Source: a virus (taxonomy: Duplodnaviria > Caudoviricetes). From it: 38,622 bases of DNA. The notes below the pieces were generated by a model. The model worked only from the letters and a program-made list of their open reading frames with translations, had not been told where the DNA came from and did not search any database. Each line of letters begins with the position of its first letter. The stretch's first letter is position 1. The stretch covers positions 1 to 38,622 of IMG/VR virus record IMGVR_UViG_3300006129_000015. One strand, given 5' to 3'. Position numbers and translations under genes: made by a program. This document shows positions 1 to 8,163 of the stretch, one piece after another.

Positions 1-285
1 CATTCCCAAACGACCTTCACCCCGAGCTTCTCCCCAGATAGTCCGGCTCAAGTAATAAATGTTTTCTTCAGTGGTATCCATCCAAGCGGTAGCTTGGGGT
101 GTATCTTGAAAAATAGTTTCCTTTTCTAAAAAATTATATTCAGAAAAGTTGGTAAATCGAATGTTTTCTCTCAAATTAAAATTTGTTGTCTGAGTTAACA
201 TAGGTTCTGTTGTGAGTGTTTGAGTTTGGGCACTTGTTGCCAAAAAACAGAAAAACGCCAACATTACTGTTGTTAAAAACCTCAT
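1..285 (-). CDS. SleB/Hydrolase_2-like cell wall hydrolase with signal peptide (partial, runs off the left edge)
   Basis: Not in the ORF track. Manual translation: MRFLTTVMLAFFCFLATSAQ...IYYLSRTIWGEARGEGRLGM. 'L.RTIWGEARGE' is the Hydrolase_2 catalytic-Glu motif. AGAGGA RBS upstream. Confidence 0.85.
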   Translation of the reverse strand, partial: MRFLTTVMLAFFCFLATSAQTQTLTTEPMLTQTTNFNLRENIRFTNFSEYNFLEKETIFQDTPQATAWMDTTEENIYYLSRTIWGEARGEGRLGM

Positions 286-438
286 TTCATTTCCTCTTAA
301 ATGCTATCTGATGCACCAACCTGGGGCTGATTTTGGAGATTGTGCAGGGCACGAATACTCAGTTGGGGTAAAGATTTTTATATAAAAATCAGTTGAATCT
401 AGATAGTCTTGTTGCCTCCAATCAGCCTTTACTGAAAA

Positions 439-446
439 TATTTATG
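439..446 (-). promoter_or_regulatory. late-type promoter CATAAATA upstream of the hydrolase leader
   Basis: tatttatg on + strand; the same motif recurs before many genes in the window. Confidence 0.6.
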
Positions 447-511
447 CTCAGTTTATAGCACAAAACTACAAACTTATCAAGCGAAATAATTTCCTGTGTT
501 AATTCAATTAC

Positions 512-1006
512 TTAAAGTTCTTCGTTCCATTCGCGATGGCCTGTTCGGTAAGCCATGTTGGCTTCTGTTTCTCGAACTTCTACTCTAAAACACCAGACAC
601 GTTCTGATTCAGCTTTTCCGAAACTTGGAAGAAACTCTGTGTTCACATAAGTATAGAGAAAGTCAGCTAATGCTTCACATCCTGTTTTTTCAACTTCAGT
701 TACTTTGGCAATCTTTGCATCGTGCAATGCTATCAGTAGATCCTTTTGAGGATCATCTGCGGCAACAAGGAGACGATGATCGAACCATTCTTCCAACTGT
801 GCTTTTAGTGGCCGCAAGGACCCATAATCTTGAACCCAATTTCTGACATCTAATTCATCTGATTCAAAATAAAATTTAATAGTTAAAGCATAGCCATGAA
901 CAATTGAACACTTTCCATTGTCTCGCCATTGACGATATGCAACCGGAAATGCATCACGATATTCTTTAGTACTAACATATTTTTTTTCTATAGCTGGGTA
1001 ACCCAT
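512..1006 (-). CDS. queD: 6-carboxy-5,6,7,8-tetrahydropterin synthase (QueD/PTPS family)
   Basis: C-S-I-V-H-G-Y motif, 'DYGSLRPLK..LEEWFDHRLL' and C-terminal 'VEVRETE'. ATG at 1006 follows a GAGGA RBS. Confidence 0.85.
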   Translation of the reverse strand: MGYPAIEKKYVSTKEYRDAFPVAYRQWRDNGKCSIVHGYALTIKFYFESDELDVRNWVQDYGSLRPLKAQLEEWFDHRLLVAADDPQKDLLIALHDAKIAKVTEVEKTGCEALADFLYTYVNTEFLPSFGKAESERVWCFRVEVRETEANMAYRTGHREWNEEL

Positions 1007-1068
1007 TGTCAATCCTCGATCTTTTAAAAATTGTAGAATATTTTTTATTCAATATCAATAAATAGTTG

Positions 1069-3255
1069 ATGAAAATACTAGACCTAATTGAAGATCGACG
1101 TCCTGCTGACATAAATGATTGGTCTGATGAACAATTACTAGATTTCATCATTAGCAAATATTCTGAAGCATATTCAATTAGTGACAAATCTAGAAAGTCA
1201 GATTATATTCGTGGCTTTTTAGAAAATGCTACCAATATATCTGAAGATGTCATGTTACAAGCAGTACAATTTGAACCACTATTATTATATGTTTTTCGAA
1301 AATTCAATCCCAGCTTGAGAGTTCAACTAGCTGCGGTACAGGGAAATGGTCGTGTAATTGGTAACTTAAAATATCCTGCTCCACTGATTCAATGGGCTGC
1401 TTTTAATCAAACCCCACAAGCATTTTATCATATCCAGCCCCCTGAATGTTGTATTCCTGAAATTAGAAAAATACATGAAGAACGAACAGGTGCACCAACG
1501 TTGACTGAATCTTCTAAATTGCCCACCTCAGAAAAATTGCAATATTGGTTAAGCAAATTTAATCCTATTGATTATATCAATCTTTGGTCGGATAATATTT
1601 TAATTGAATATTTCAAAACTCGGTATGCAACAGATATGGGTGAAATTTCATTCAATGATATATTTGAATATCGCAATACTTTAAGTGATCAAGTCATGTT
1701 AGAATTAATCAAATTAAACCCTGGTTTTTATACGGTCCTTGAAAGATTTCATCCTAGTTTAAATGTACAAATAGAATGTTTGAAACGATCTGGATTACAT
1801 ATATACTATATGACGAATCCGCCACCACTTCTTCAAACAGTAGCATGTCGTCAAAATCCCCTTGCGATTAATTGGATCAATCCAATTAAATCAATCGATA
1901 TATCACTACTGAAGAAATACAGAGACATATTAGAACCAGACCAACGATCGTACTTGGAGTCTCTGGAAAAATTAACAGAGTCTGATGAATCCATTGACCT
2001 AGATGATCCAAATACATGGAGTGAAGAGGATCAAATTGATTATTTAAGATCTTTTCCAGGCGCAATAAAAGAATTTATAAATCCCAGTAAGAAGCTTCAA
2101 TCGGTGGCAGTTCGATCTGATGAATGGGCATTAAGCAATATTGAAGATCCTGATGAAGATGTTCAATTGGCTGCTGTAACTGCTTATCCCAACAGTGTCC
2201 GATACATCAAAAACCCATCGCAAAAAGTCAAATTGGCTGCTGTTTCAAAAGATGGGATGGCTTTGTTGCGCATAAAACCTGAAGAAAGAAACATAAATAT
2301 TCAATTAGCTGCGGTTATGCAAGATCCAGAAATCATATATGAAATAGATAATCCAGTACCTCTGGTTCAAACAGTTGCATTGAAAAAGACTCCCAAAGCA
2401 ATCAATTGGATCCGACCCGAAGCAGCAATAGTTCCTGAACTACGAGAAAAATACAAAGATTACTTTTATGGATCATTGACTGAATCTGCTTATGATGCAG
2501 ATGACCCCAATACCTGGACAGAAGAACAACAGATTGATTGGGTACGCCGATACATTGAAAGAATCAAACAGATTAACCACCCAAGCAAAGCTTTACAAAT
2601 TGCAGCAGTCAATGAAGACGGTTGGGCCATAAGTCAAATTAAACCCGAAGACCAATGTCTAGAAGCGCAATTAATCGTAGTGCGAGAAGACGGGCATGCT
2701 ACTAGAATACGATATATGCGATATCCTCCACCACTCGTTCAATGGACGGCAATAAAAAACAACCCAAAGGCAATTAATTATATTGTACCACAATCTTGTA
2801 TAGATCCAAGTTTACTGGAGAAATATGGTAGTTATTTGAATGAATCATTGACTGAATCTGCTTATGATGAAAGCGATCCTAATACCTGGTCTGCATATGA
2901 TACAGATAATCCCAATACCTGGACAGAAGAAAAACAGATTAATTGGGTAAGTCGAGACACTATTATTCGAATTAGGCGCATTAACCACCCGAGTAAAGCA
3001 GTTCAAATCGCAGCGGTGAAGCAAGATGGTTGGGCAATAAGTCAAATTAAACCCGAAGAACAATGCCTAGAAGCACAATTAATCGCAGTCAGAGGGAACA
3101 ATGCTCCTTTAATAAGATATATGAGAAATCCCCCACCACTCGTTCAATGGGCGGCAATAAAAAACAACCCAAAAGCAATTAATAATATCGTACCACGATC
3201 CTGTATAGATCCTAGCCTATTGAAAGAATATGGTCACCTGATAAATACCCAGTGA
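1069..3255 (+). CDS. repeat protein with five related modules of DUF4116-like helical repeats, separated by LTES linkers; probable head-packaged polyprotein
   Basis: Repeated 'VQLAAV..DG.AI..I..P' units. Modules start with 'D.N.W(S/T)EE.Q'. ATG lies 4 nt after ATAAATA. Confidence 0.7.
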   Translation: MKILDLIEDRRPADINDWSDEQLLDFIISKYSEAYSISDKSRKSDYIRGFLENATNISEDVMLQAVQFEPLLLYVFRKFNPSLRVQLAAVQGNGRVIGNLKYPAPLIQWAAFNQTPQAFYHIQPPECCIPEIRKIHEERTGAPTLTESSKLPTSEKLQYWLSKFNPIDYINLWSDNILIEYFKTRYATDMGEISFNDIFEYRNTLSDQVMLELIKLNPGFYTVLERFHPSLNVQIECLKRSGLHIYYMTNPPPLLQTVACRQNPLAINWINPIKSIDISLLKKYRDILEPDQRSYLESLEKLTESDESIDLDDPNTWSEEDQIDYLRSFPGAIKEFINPSKKLQSVAVRSDEWALSNIEDPDEDVQLAAVTAYPNSVRYIKNPSQKVKLAAVSKDGMALLRIKPEERNINIQLAAVMQDPEIIYEIDNPVPLVQTVALKKTPKAINWIRPEAAIVPELREKYKDYFYGSLTESAYDADDPNTWTEEQQIDWVRRYIERIKQINHPSKALQIAAVNEDGWAISQIKPEDQCLEAQLIVVREDGHATRIRYMRYPPPLVQWTAIKNNPKAINYIVPQSCIDPSLLEKYGSYLNESLTESAYDESDPNTWSAYDTDNPNTWTEEKQINWVSRDTIIRIRRINHPSKAVQIAAVKQDGWAISQIKPEEQCLEAQLIAVRGNNAPLIRYMRNPPPLVQWAAIKNNPKAINNIVPRSCIDPSLLKEYGHLINTQ
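2472..3228 (+). repeat. recent internal tandem duplication (modules 4 and 5 of the repeat protein)
   Basis: Near-identical DNA from ~2472 and ~2844: atcattgactgaatctgcttatgatg, cccaatacctggacagaaga, ccaccactcgttcaatgg and gcaataaaaaacaacccaaa each occur twice. Confidence 0.85.
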
Positions 3256-3273
3256 ATTTTCGGAGATCACACC

Positions 3274-3597
3274 ATGTCTGAACCCATTATGCCAGTTCCT
3301 ACTCTAGAAAAACCCAGCACAAGAAGTGAATGGACATTAATCGCCTCACTGCTTTGTCTATGCATATTTTCACTGGCAATGGTAGCCGCCCTTATTTTCA
3401 AAGACTGGAACACCCCAGCAGGAACTCAAATTATTGACATTTTGGGGTGGGGTTTGAAATTGAGTGTGGGCGGAATTTTGCTTATAGTTGTTGCAATCAA
3501 CAGTCCCTGGTATGGTGTGGTCAAAGCATCTGGATTCGGAGCTAATTTGGAAATCGATGGAAAAGACACTAACCTACAAGTCGGTGATAAAACCTGA
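3274..3597 (+). CDS. small membrane protein with two TM helices (holin-like possible)
   Basis: Two hydrophobic stretches, GGAG RBS, ATAAATA at ~3241. Confidence 0.6.
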   Translation: MSEPIMPVPTLEKPSTRSEWTLIASLLCLCIFSLAMVAALIFKDWNTPAGTQIIDILGWGLKLSVGGILLIVVAINSPWYGVVKASGFGANLEIDGKDTNLQVGDKT

Positions 3598-3916
3598 AGA
3601 TCAAAAGACGTGGGATGATTTCATTTCACGAGTCGATTGGAATGTAACTTATCTAATTCAACCCATTCATCAACCTCCTAAATTGATTTTAGATCTTCAT
3701 GGTCTAACTATTCAAGCTGCTTGGCAACAAACTATTGATTTTATCAAACTTCACAAAATTTATAAAACAAAATCGGTAATCGTCGTAACTGGGAAAAGTG
3801 GAGAAATTTTTAAAGAATTTATCACTTGGACAAAACTCAACCCATTGGTCAAAAAAATAGAACCCATTCTAGATCGAAGACAAGAGGTGGGTTCTTTTAG
3901 AGTTTATTTGAATTAA
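3557..3916 (+). CDS. stand-alone Smr-domain endonuclease
   Basis: 'LDLHGLTIQAA' and 'VIVVTGKSG' Smr motifs, C-terminal 'GSFRVYL'. Start codon uncertain. Confidence 0.85.
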   Translation: MEKTLTYKSVIKPEDQKTWDDFISRVDWNVTYLIQPIHQPPKLILDLHGLTIQAAWQQTIDFIKLHKIYKTKSVIVVTGKSGEIFKEFITWTKLNPLVKKIEPILDRRQEVGSFRVYLN

Positions 3917-4416
3917 TCTTCTTCGACTAGCTGTCGCAATAGATAACCATTCGCTCGATCATTGACTCTTTGACAGGCTGCGACAAATTTCCCATCTGCA
4001 GACAACAAAGCATCATAATGATTGGCCATCAACATATTGGGCATGGCAATTGGTCGAATTTTTATAATCCAATCAGAAACCGTGTCAATTGATTCCTGAC
4101 CATTTCTCAAAACATGGACTGCCATTGCTGTTGCAGTACTACGACTCATTCCAGCGTAACAATGTATCAGAACTACTTTATCATCAGGAATCTCGCTAGC
4201 CCAATTCAAAATGTCTTGACAATTTTCAACAGTTGGGGCACCAATCTTATCTTTATGTTCAGTATCCCAGAAGAACAGTCTTTTGTGATTAGTAGGAAGT
4301 ACCCCCAATGGAGTTTCTAACTCATCACCCACGTCCAAAATAGTCAGAAGATAACTGGGCCTGTATCTCCAAGCAAATGCTTCCACTTCATGTTTTCCAC
4401 AGACCCAGATGGTCAT
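3913..4416 (-). CDS. Cys-based protein tyrosine/dual-specificity phosphatase-like protein
   Basis: HCYAGMSRS (CX5R) loop, followed by 'RPIAMPN'. Confidence 0.88.
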   Translation of the reverse strand: MTIWVCGKHEVEAFAWRYRPSYLLTILDVGDELETPLGVLPTNHKRLFFWDTEHKDKIGAPTVENCQDILNWASEIPDDKVVLIHCYAGMSRSTATAMAVHVLRNGQESIDTVSDWIIKIRPIAMPNMLMANHYDALLSADGKFVAACQRVNDRANGYLLRQLVEED

Positions 4417-4419
4417 CGG

Positions 4420-4680
4420 TTAATTTCCTTGTCGATCAATAGTTTCAATCGCTGCGACAGCAAATGCAGCAGTCTTTACCATGGTAGCTCTATATGCTGT
4501 CACAGCTGGCTTGGTCCAGTTCTTGAAATCAACTGGTTGTAGCTTGCTGGTAGATTCTGAAAGATTGTTCCACCAGCTGGTTAGTGCGTTTTTCGTAGTG
4601 GTTGAAGCATTGTTCCAAACAGTTTCTTGATTGGCACGTTCAGCTTCAATTTCTTTATAAATTTCTTGACGTGTCGTCAT
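4420..4680 (-). CDS. small helical hypothetical protein (weak MazG-like pattern)
   Basis: 'EIEAERANQ..W' and 'MVKTAAFAVAAIETIDR' resemble small phage MazG-like proteins; GGAG RBS. Confidence 0.5.
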   Translation of the reverse strand: MTTRQEIYKEIEAERANQETVWNNASTTTKNALTSWWNNLSESTSKLQPVDFKNWTKPAVTAYRATMVKTAAFAVAAIETIDRQGN

Positions 4681-4727
4681 ATGTATCTCCAGTTAAAAAC
4701 ATATGATAACTTATCAGAGATCGGAAG

Positions 4728-5468
4728 TCAATTATTTTTTCTAATAGTTCCAACTGGTATTGACAATATTTCTTTGCCCAATTTTTTTAATTCTGGATAG
4801 GCTTCCGGATTGGTTAATTTGTAGAACGCGCATGGAATTCTTCTCTGTACAGGACTTCTCAGACTTAATGTAGTCCAAATAGCTGAATCCTCAATATAAA
4901 ATATATCGAAAGTATCAACAGTCAAACGCAAAGCATAGTTTTTAAAATTTTCCAAATTAGCTTTCAAAAAGTTGGGCGCAATACAAGCATAAGCAGGTCG
5001 ATCTAATTCACCATTTAGAACTATAACTGAAACAGGTCGAGTTGCAATATTCAAAACCGGATCTGTCTCAACTTCAGTTATTGGTATTTTGATTCCAGTT
5101 TTATATTCCAGTTCTAATTTCTTTCGACGAAAAGCTGGTCCATGGTTGTCATCAAAATCCCCAACCACTGCCAACAAATAGACGTGAATCATTTCATGCA
5201 GAAGAACAGAATCCAATTGTTCAGCCGTCTTTTTGAAGATATTAGAGAATGTCATTGTCATACTATCAGGAACAATGGCTCGACTAGTAGCAGTTTTTTG
5301 GATCTTACAGTCTACTTGTCCACCAACCCCTTTGAGTGGTTTGAAATAAATTGGAATAACAGGCAATTGGTTATTGAATAAAGTTTGATTGAAATGGCGA
5401 TATCGCTCCAGCATTTGTTTGGCCAGAGCGATATCAGAGTCTTTTTGTTTTATTTCCCAAAGTTTCAT
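4728..5468 (-). CDS. SprT-like zinc metalloprotease
   Basis: 'FNQTLFNNQLP', HEMIH zinc motif, downstream 'HGPAF'. Confidence 0.88.
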   Translation of the reverse strand: MKLWEIKQKDSDIALAKQMLERYRHFNQTLFNNQLPVIPIYFKPLKGVGGQVDCKIQKTATSRAIVPDSMTMTFSNIFKKTAEQLDSVLLHEMIHVYLLAVVGDFDDNHGPAFRRKKLELEYKTGIKIPITEVETDPVLNIATRPVSVIVLNGELDRPAYACIAPNFLKANLENFKNYALRLTVDTFDIFYIEDSAIWTTLSLRSPVQRRIPCAFYKLTNPEAYPELKKLGKEILSIPVGTIRKNN

Positions 5469-5592
5469 CAACTATTTATTGATTTGGATTAGTTGATATC
5501 TTTCTGAACCAATTGTGTTTCAAGCATAAATAAAAGATGTAGTTCGCGGGACGGGAATCCCCAACTACTCTAACGCTTATAGGAGCATCAGC

Positions 5593-6357
5593 ATGACTAT
5601 TTATTCTGCAAAAAACCCACCACTTGATTATTATGTATATGCTTATTTAAGAAGTAAAGATTCTGCAACAGCAAATGCAGGAACTCCATATTATATTGGT
5701 AAAGGAAAGGGTAAAAGAGCATGGAATAAAGAGCATAACGTGCATGTTCCAACTGATAATAATTTGATCGTTATCTTAGAATCTAATTTAACTGAATTGG
5801 GTGCATTTGCTTTAGAACGTAGGATGATACACTGGTATGGAAGAAAAAATTTAGGTACAGGTATATTAATGAATAAAACAGATGGTGGAGAAGGAGTATT
5901 TAGTCCATCAATTGAAGACAGAATGAAAAAATCGCAAAATCTTAAGCAATTTTATGAAGATCCAAATGAAAGACTAAAAGCGTCAATTCGAACTAAGAAT
6001 GCACACTTAAATGACCCAACTCTTTCTCTTCGAAAAGCTCATCCCGGAGAATCAAATGGAATGTGGGGAAAAACTCATACTGAAGAAGTGAAACAAGCAC
6101 AAAGTATTAGGGCCAAAGGAAACTCTTCAACACGTGGTTTGATGCGAATTTATAATACAATGACGTTAGAAGTCAAAACAATACCATGTTTAGATCCAAT
6201 ACCTCCCGGATGGAAACGAGGTTTGCGGCCTTCTAATTCGAAAAATAAAATTAAACGTATAGCAATTTATAATCCAGAATTAAATCTTAGAAAAACTATT
6301 GCAATTGATGAAGAAATTCCTACTGGCTGGTTACTTGGGTACAAAATCAAAAAATAA
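5593..6357 (+). CDS. free-standing GIY-YIG homing endonuclease with NUMOD3-like DNA-binding repeat
   Basis: 'YYVYAYLR...[11 protein letters not shown]', '[10 protein letters not shown]', '[14 protein letters not shown]'; AGGAG RBS; opposite strand to both neighbours. Confidence 0.88.
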   Translation: MTIYSAKNPPLDYYVYAYLRSKDSATANAGTPYYIGKGKGKRAWNKEHNVHVPTDNNLIVILESNLTELGAFALERRMIHWYGRKNLGTGILMNKTDGGEGVFSPSIEDRMKKSQNLKQFYEDPNERLKASIRTKNAHLNDPTLSLRKAHPGESNGMWGKTHTEEVKQAQSIRAKGNSSTRGLMRIYNTMTLEVKTIPCLDPIPPGWKRGLRPSNSKNKIKRIAIYNPELNLRKTIAIDEEIPTGWLLGYKIKK

Positions 6358-7783
6358 TTTTTGAATATCTTTCTGAGCTAATGGTTTCCCACATCACATC
6401 TGCGGGCGTAAATGTCTTACTTGCCAATATTGACTTCAACAAGCTAGGACTAAATCCAGAAACCAATGCCGTTCCGTTTTGATCATATGTCACTGGCACA
6501 TTCCCTTGTCCTGCTGAACGAGCATTCAAATTCCAAAAAATAATATTGGGCAATGAATAATTGGCCTGTTCAAACATATTCCTAGCTAGATCAAACACGC
6601 CGATTGATTTACCATCTCGGCATGCAGCATTGTATTCTTGGTCTGAAAAAATGATTAGTGATTTAGGCATCTGATCAGCTGGGATTTTATGATTAACTGC
6701 CAATTGCAAAATTGCTCTAAAAGCAGATTCAATATTCGTACTACCAGCCCAATCTGCATTAGACATGCTATTATATTTGGTCATCAAATCACCGGCTGGA
6801 AGTTTCGCAATCTTACTATCAGTTGTGAATGTCAAATACAGACCAGCAAATGGACCCTGTTGCTTGGTCGCTAGATAGAGGCCAAGGCTAACTGCAACAT
6901 CCATACAAGTAAGATTTGGATTATCGCCCACTGAGCATGTCATGCTTCCGCTCACATCAACCAGTGGTAGGATAAAATCATCACCCAAATAATTGGGAAG
7001 TGCTTCCCATTGTGCATTGGCAACAACTCGATCACCCCCTTGCTTCAAACTCTTGATGATGTCATAGGGATAAACTGCACTTGCGTTGACTTTCGCAGTA
7101 CCAGCTTGCAAGCTGGCTCGGTAAGCAGCATATCGTTCACCATCACGCTTTGTGAAAGCCTTTTGATAACGAGCGGCCGCAACAGAAGGAACATGACTAT
7201 AATTAATAGCCGCCCAATCTTTGGCTGACATCTTTTGTTCAACAGTGTTGCTTGCACTAACGATCAATTGGCGATATGACTTGGGAGTCAAATTCATATA
7301 CTTACGAAGCGCATTAGCAACTGGTCCTTTGCGAGGACTCCACTTGCCTGCCAGACCATCTGATTGACTCAAAGCCAGTGCAAACATTGAATAGGCCATG
7401 TTTTGAAAACGACTGGTTTGGAAAATTAGCAAATCATCCCAACGACCATAGGTTGGTACAAACGGAATCAACTTTTCCAATTGTTCCGGGTGAGTCTGTT
7501 CAAGCCAAAGTAATCCTTGTCGAAACAATTCTCGCTCTCCCGAACCACCACGAACATCTCGTGCCCAAAAAAGAATACGAGCTGCATTTTCTGGATCAGC
7601 CTGCCAGGCACGTTCCAGAGCTGCTTGAATTGGTTTGCCACGAGCAGCACCAACGAAGAAAAAGAAATCAACCAGTGGATCCAAGCTACTGTTTAGAGTA
7701 GCCATACCATTGGCAGTCAGTGATTGATTGTTACTGGCTTCTGGAACCAGACGAGTTTCAAGCGCGGCGGCAAATGCAGACAT
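6347..7783 (-). CDS. DUF2828-type Ro60/TROVE-related protein with C-terminal vWA domain
   Basis: N-terminal 'LTANG', '[17 protein letters not shown]', 'YGRWDDL', 'AGKWSPR'; vWA MIDAS 'VDVSGSM'; 'STN', 'IFSD', 'IIFWNL', 'LVSGFS'. Confidence 0.85.
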   Translation of the reverse strand: MSAFAAALETRLVPEASNNQSLTANGMATLNSSLDPLVDFFFFVGAARGKPIQAALERAWQADPENAARILFWARDVRGGSGERELFRQGLLWLEQTHPEQLEKLIPFVPTYGRWDDLLIFQTSRFQNMAYSMFALALSQSDGLAGKWSPRKGPVANALRKYMNLTPKSYRQLIVSASNTVEQKMSAKDWAAINYSHVPSVAAARYQKAFTKRDGERYAAYRASLQAGTAKVNASAVYPYDIIKSLKQGGDRVVANAQWEALPNYLGDDFILPLVDVSGSMTCSVGDNPNLTCMDVAVSLGLYLATKQQGPFAGLYLTFTTDSKIAKLPAGDLMTKYNSMSNADWAGSTNIESAFRAILQLAVNHKIPADQMPKSLIIFSDQEYNAACRDGKSIGVFDLARNMFEQANYSLPNIIFWNLNARSAGQGNVPVTYDQNGTALVSGFSPSLLKSILASKTFTPADVMWETISSERYSKIIF

Positions 7784-7894
7784 AGTAGTTTCCTTTTTGT
7801 TTGTTGAAAGATGTCAACCATTTCTAGTTGTCATCCAGGGGGCGTTTTTAGTCGTCTTCACCACTCATTTTTTCTAAAGTGAGAAACGTATTAC

Positions 7895-7949
7895 AGGCCG
7901 AACTTTTTTTCATTAGCATTGAAAATTAAGTAGTTGCGGAACTCGGCCT
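7895..7949 (-). ncRNA. structured repeat RNA, unit 3 (loop AUGCUAA)
   Basis: AGGCCGA-[GUUCCGCA]-ACU...UUUCA-AUGCUAA-UGAAA...AGU-UCGGCCU. Confidence 0.7.
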
Positions 7950-7966
7950 TTTGAAATTTATAAAAC

Positions 7967-8021
7967 AGGACCAACTTGGTTTCATTGGACGTGAAATTTG
8001 GTTAGTTGCGGAACTGGTCCT
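7967..8021 (-). ncRNA. structured repeat RNA, unit 2 (loop CGUCCAA)
   Basis: AGGACCA-[GUUCCGCA]-ACU...UUUCA-CGUCCAA-UGAAA...AGU-UGGUCCU; stem covaries with unit 3. Confidence 0.7.
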
Positions 8022-8039
8022 TCTAAAAATGTACTAAGC

Positions 8040-8096
8040 GGAAGAGCTAACGTTTTTCATCCAAATTGAAATGTTTTTAGTTGCTGTATGTCTTCC
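8040..8096 (-). ncRNA. structured repeat RNA, unit 1 (loop AUUUGGA)
   Basis: GGAAGA-[CAUACAGCAA]-CUAA...UUUCA-AUUUGGA-UGAAA...UUAG-C-UCUUCC. Confidence 0.65.
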
Positions 8097-8102
8097 TTGT
8101 CT

Positions 8103-8133
8103 TATTTATGCAAAATCCCGATTGGAATGTCAA
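8103..8133 (-). promoter_or_regulatory. composite promoter TTGACA-N17-CATAAATA driving the RNA array and the DUF2828 gene
   Basis: tgtcaa at 8128-8133, 17-nt spacer, tatttatg at 8103-8110, 6 nt before unit 1. Confidence 0.7.
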
Positions 8134-8163
8134 TTGTTTTCAAAAATTATTTTGAAAAAATTT

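Noticed and set aside
7895-8096. CRISPR array interpretation of the three repeats
   Set aside because: Units vary by compensatory stem changes rather than being identical repeats with unique spacers. Linkers are only 17-18 nt and AT-rich, and there is no cas operon.
7895-8096. Degenerate tRNA genes
   Set aside because: No D-arm, T-arm or CCA; only an anticodon-arm-like hairpin is present.
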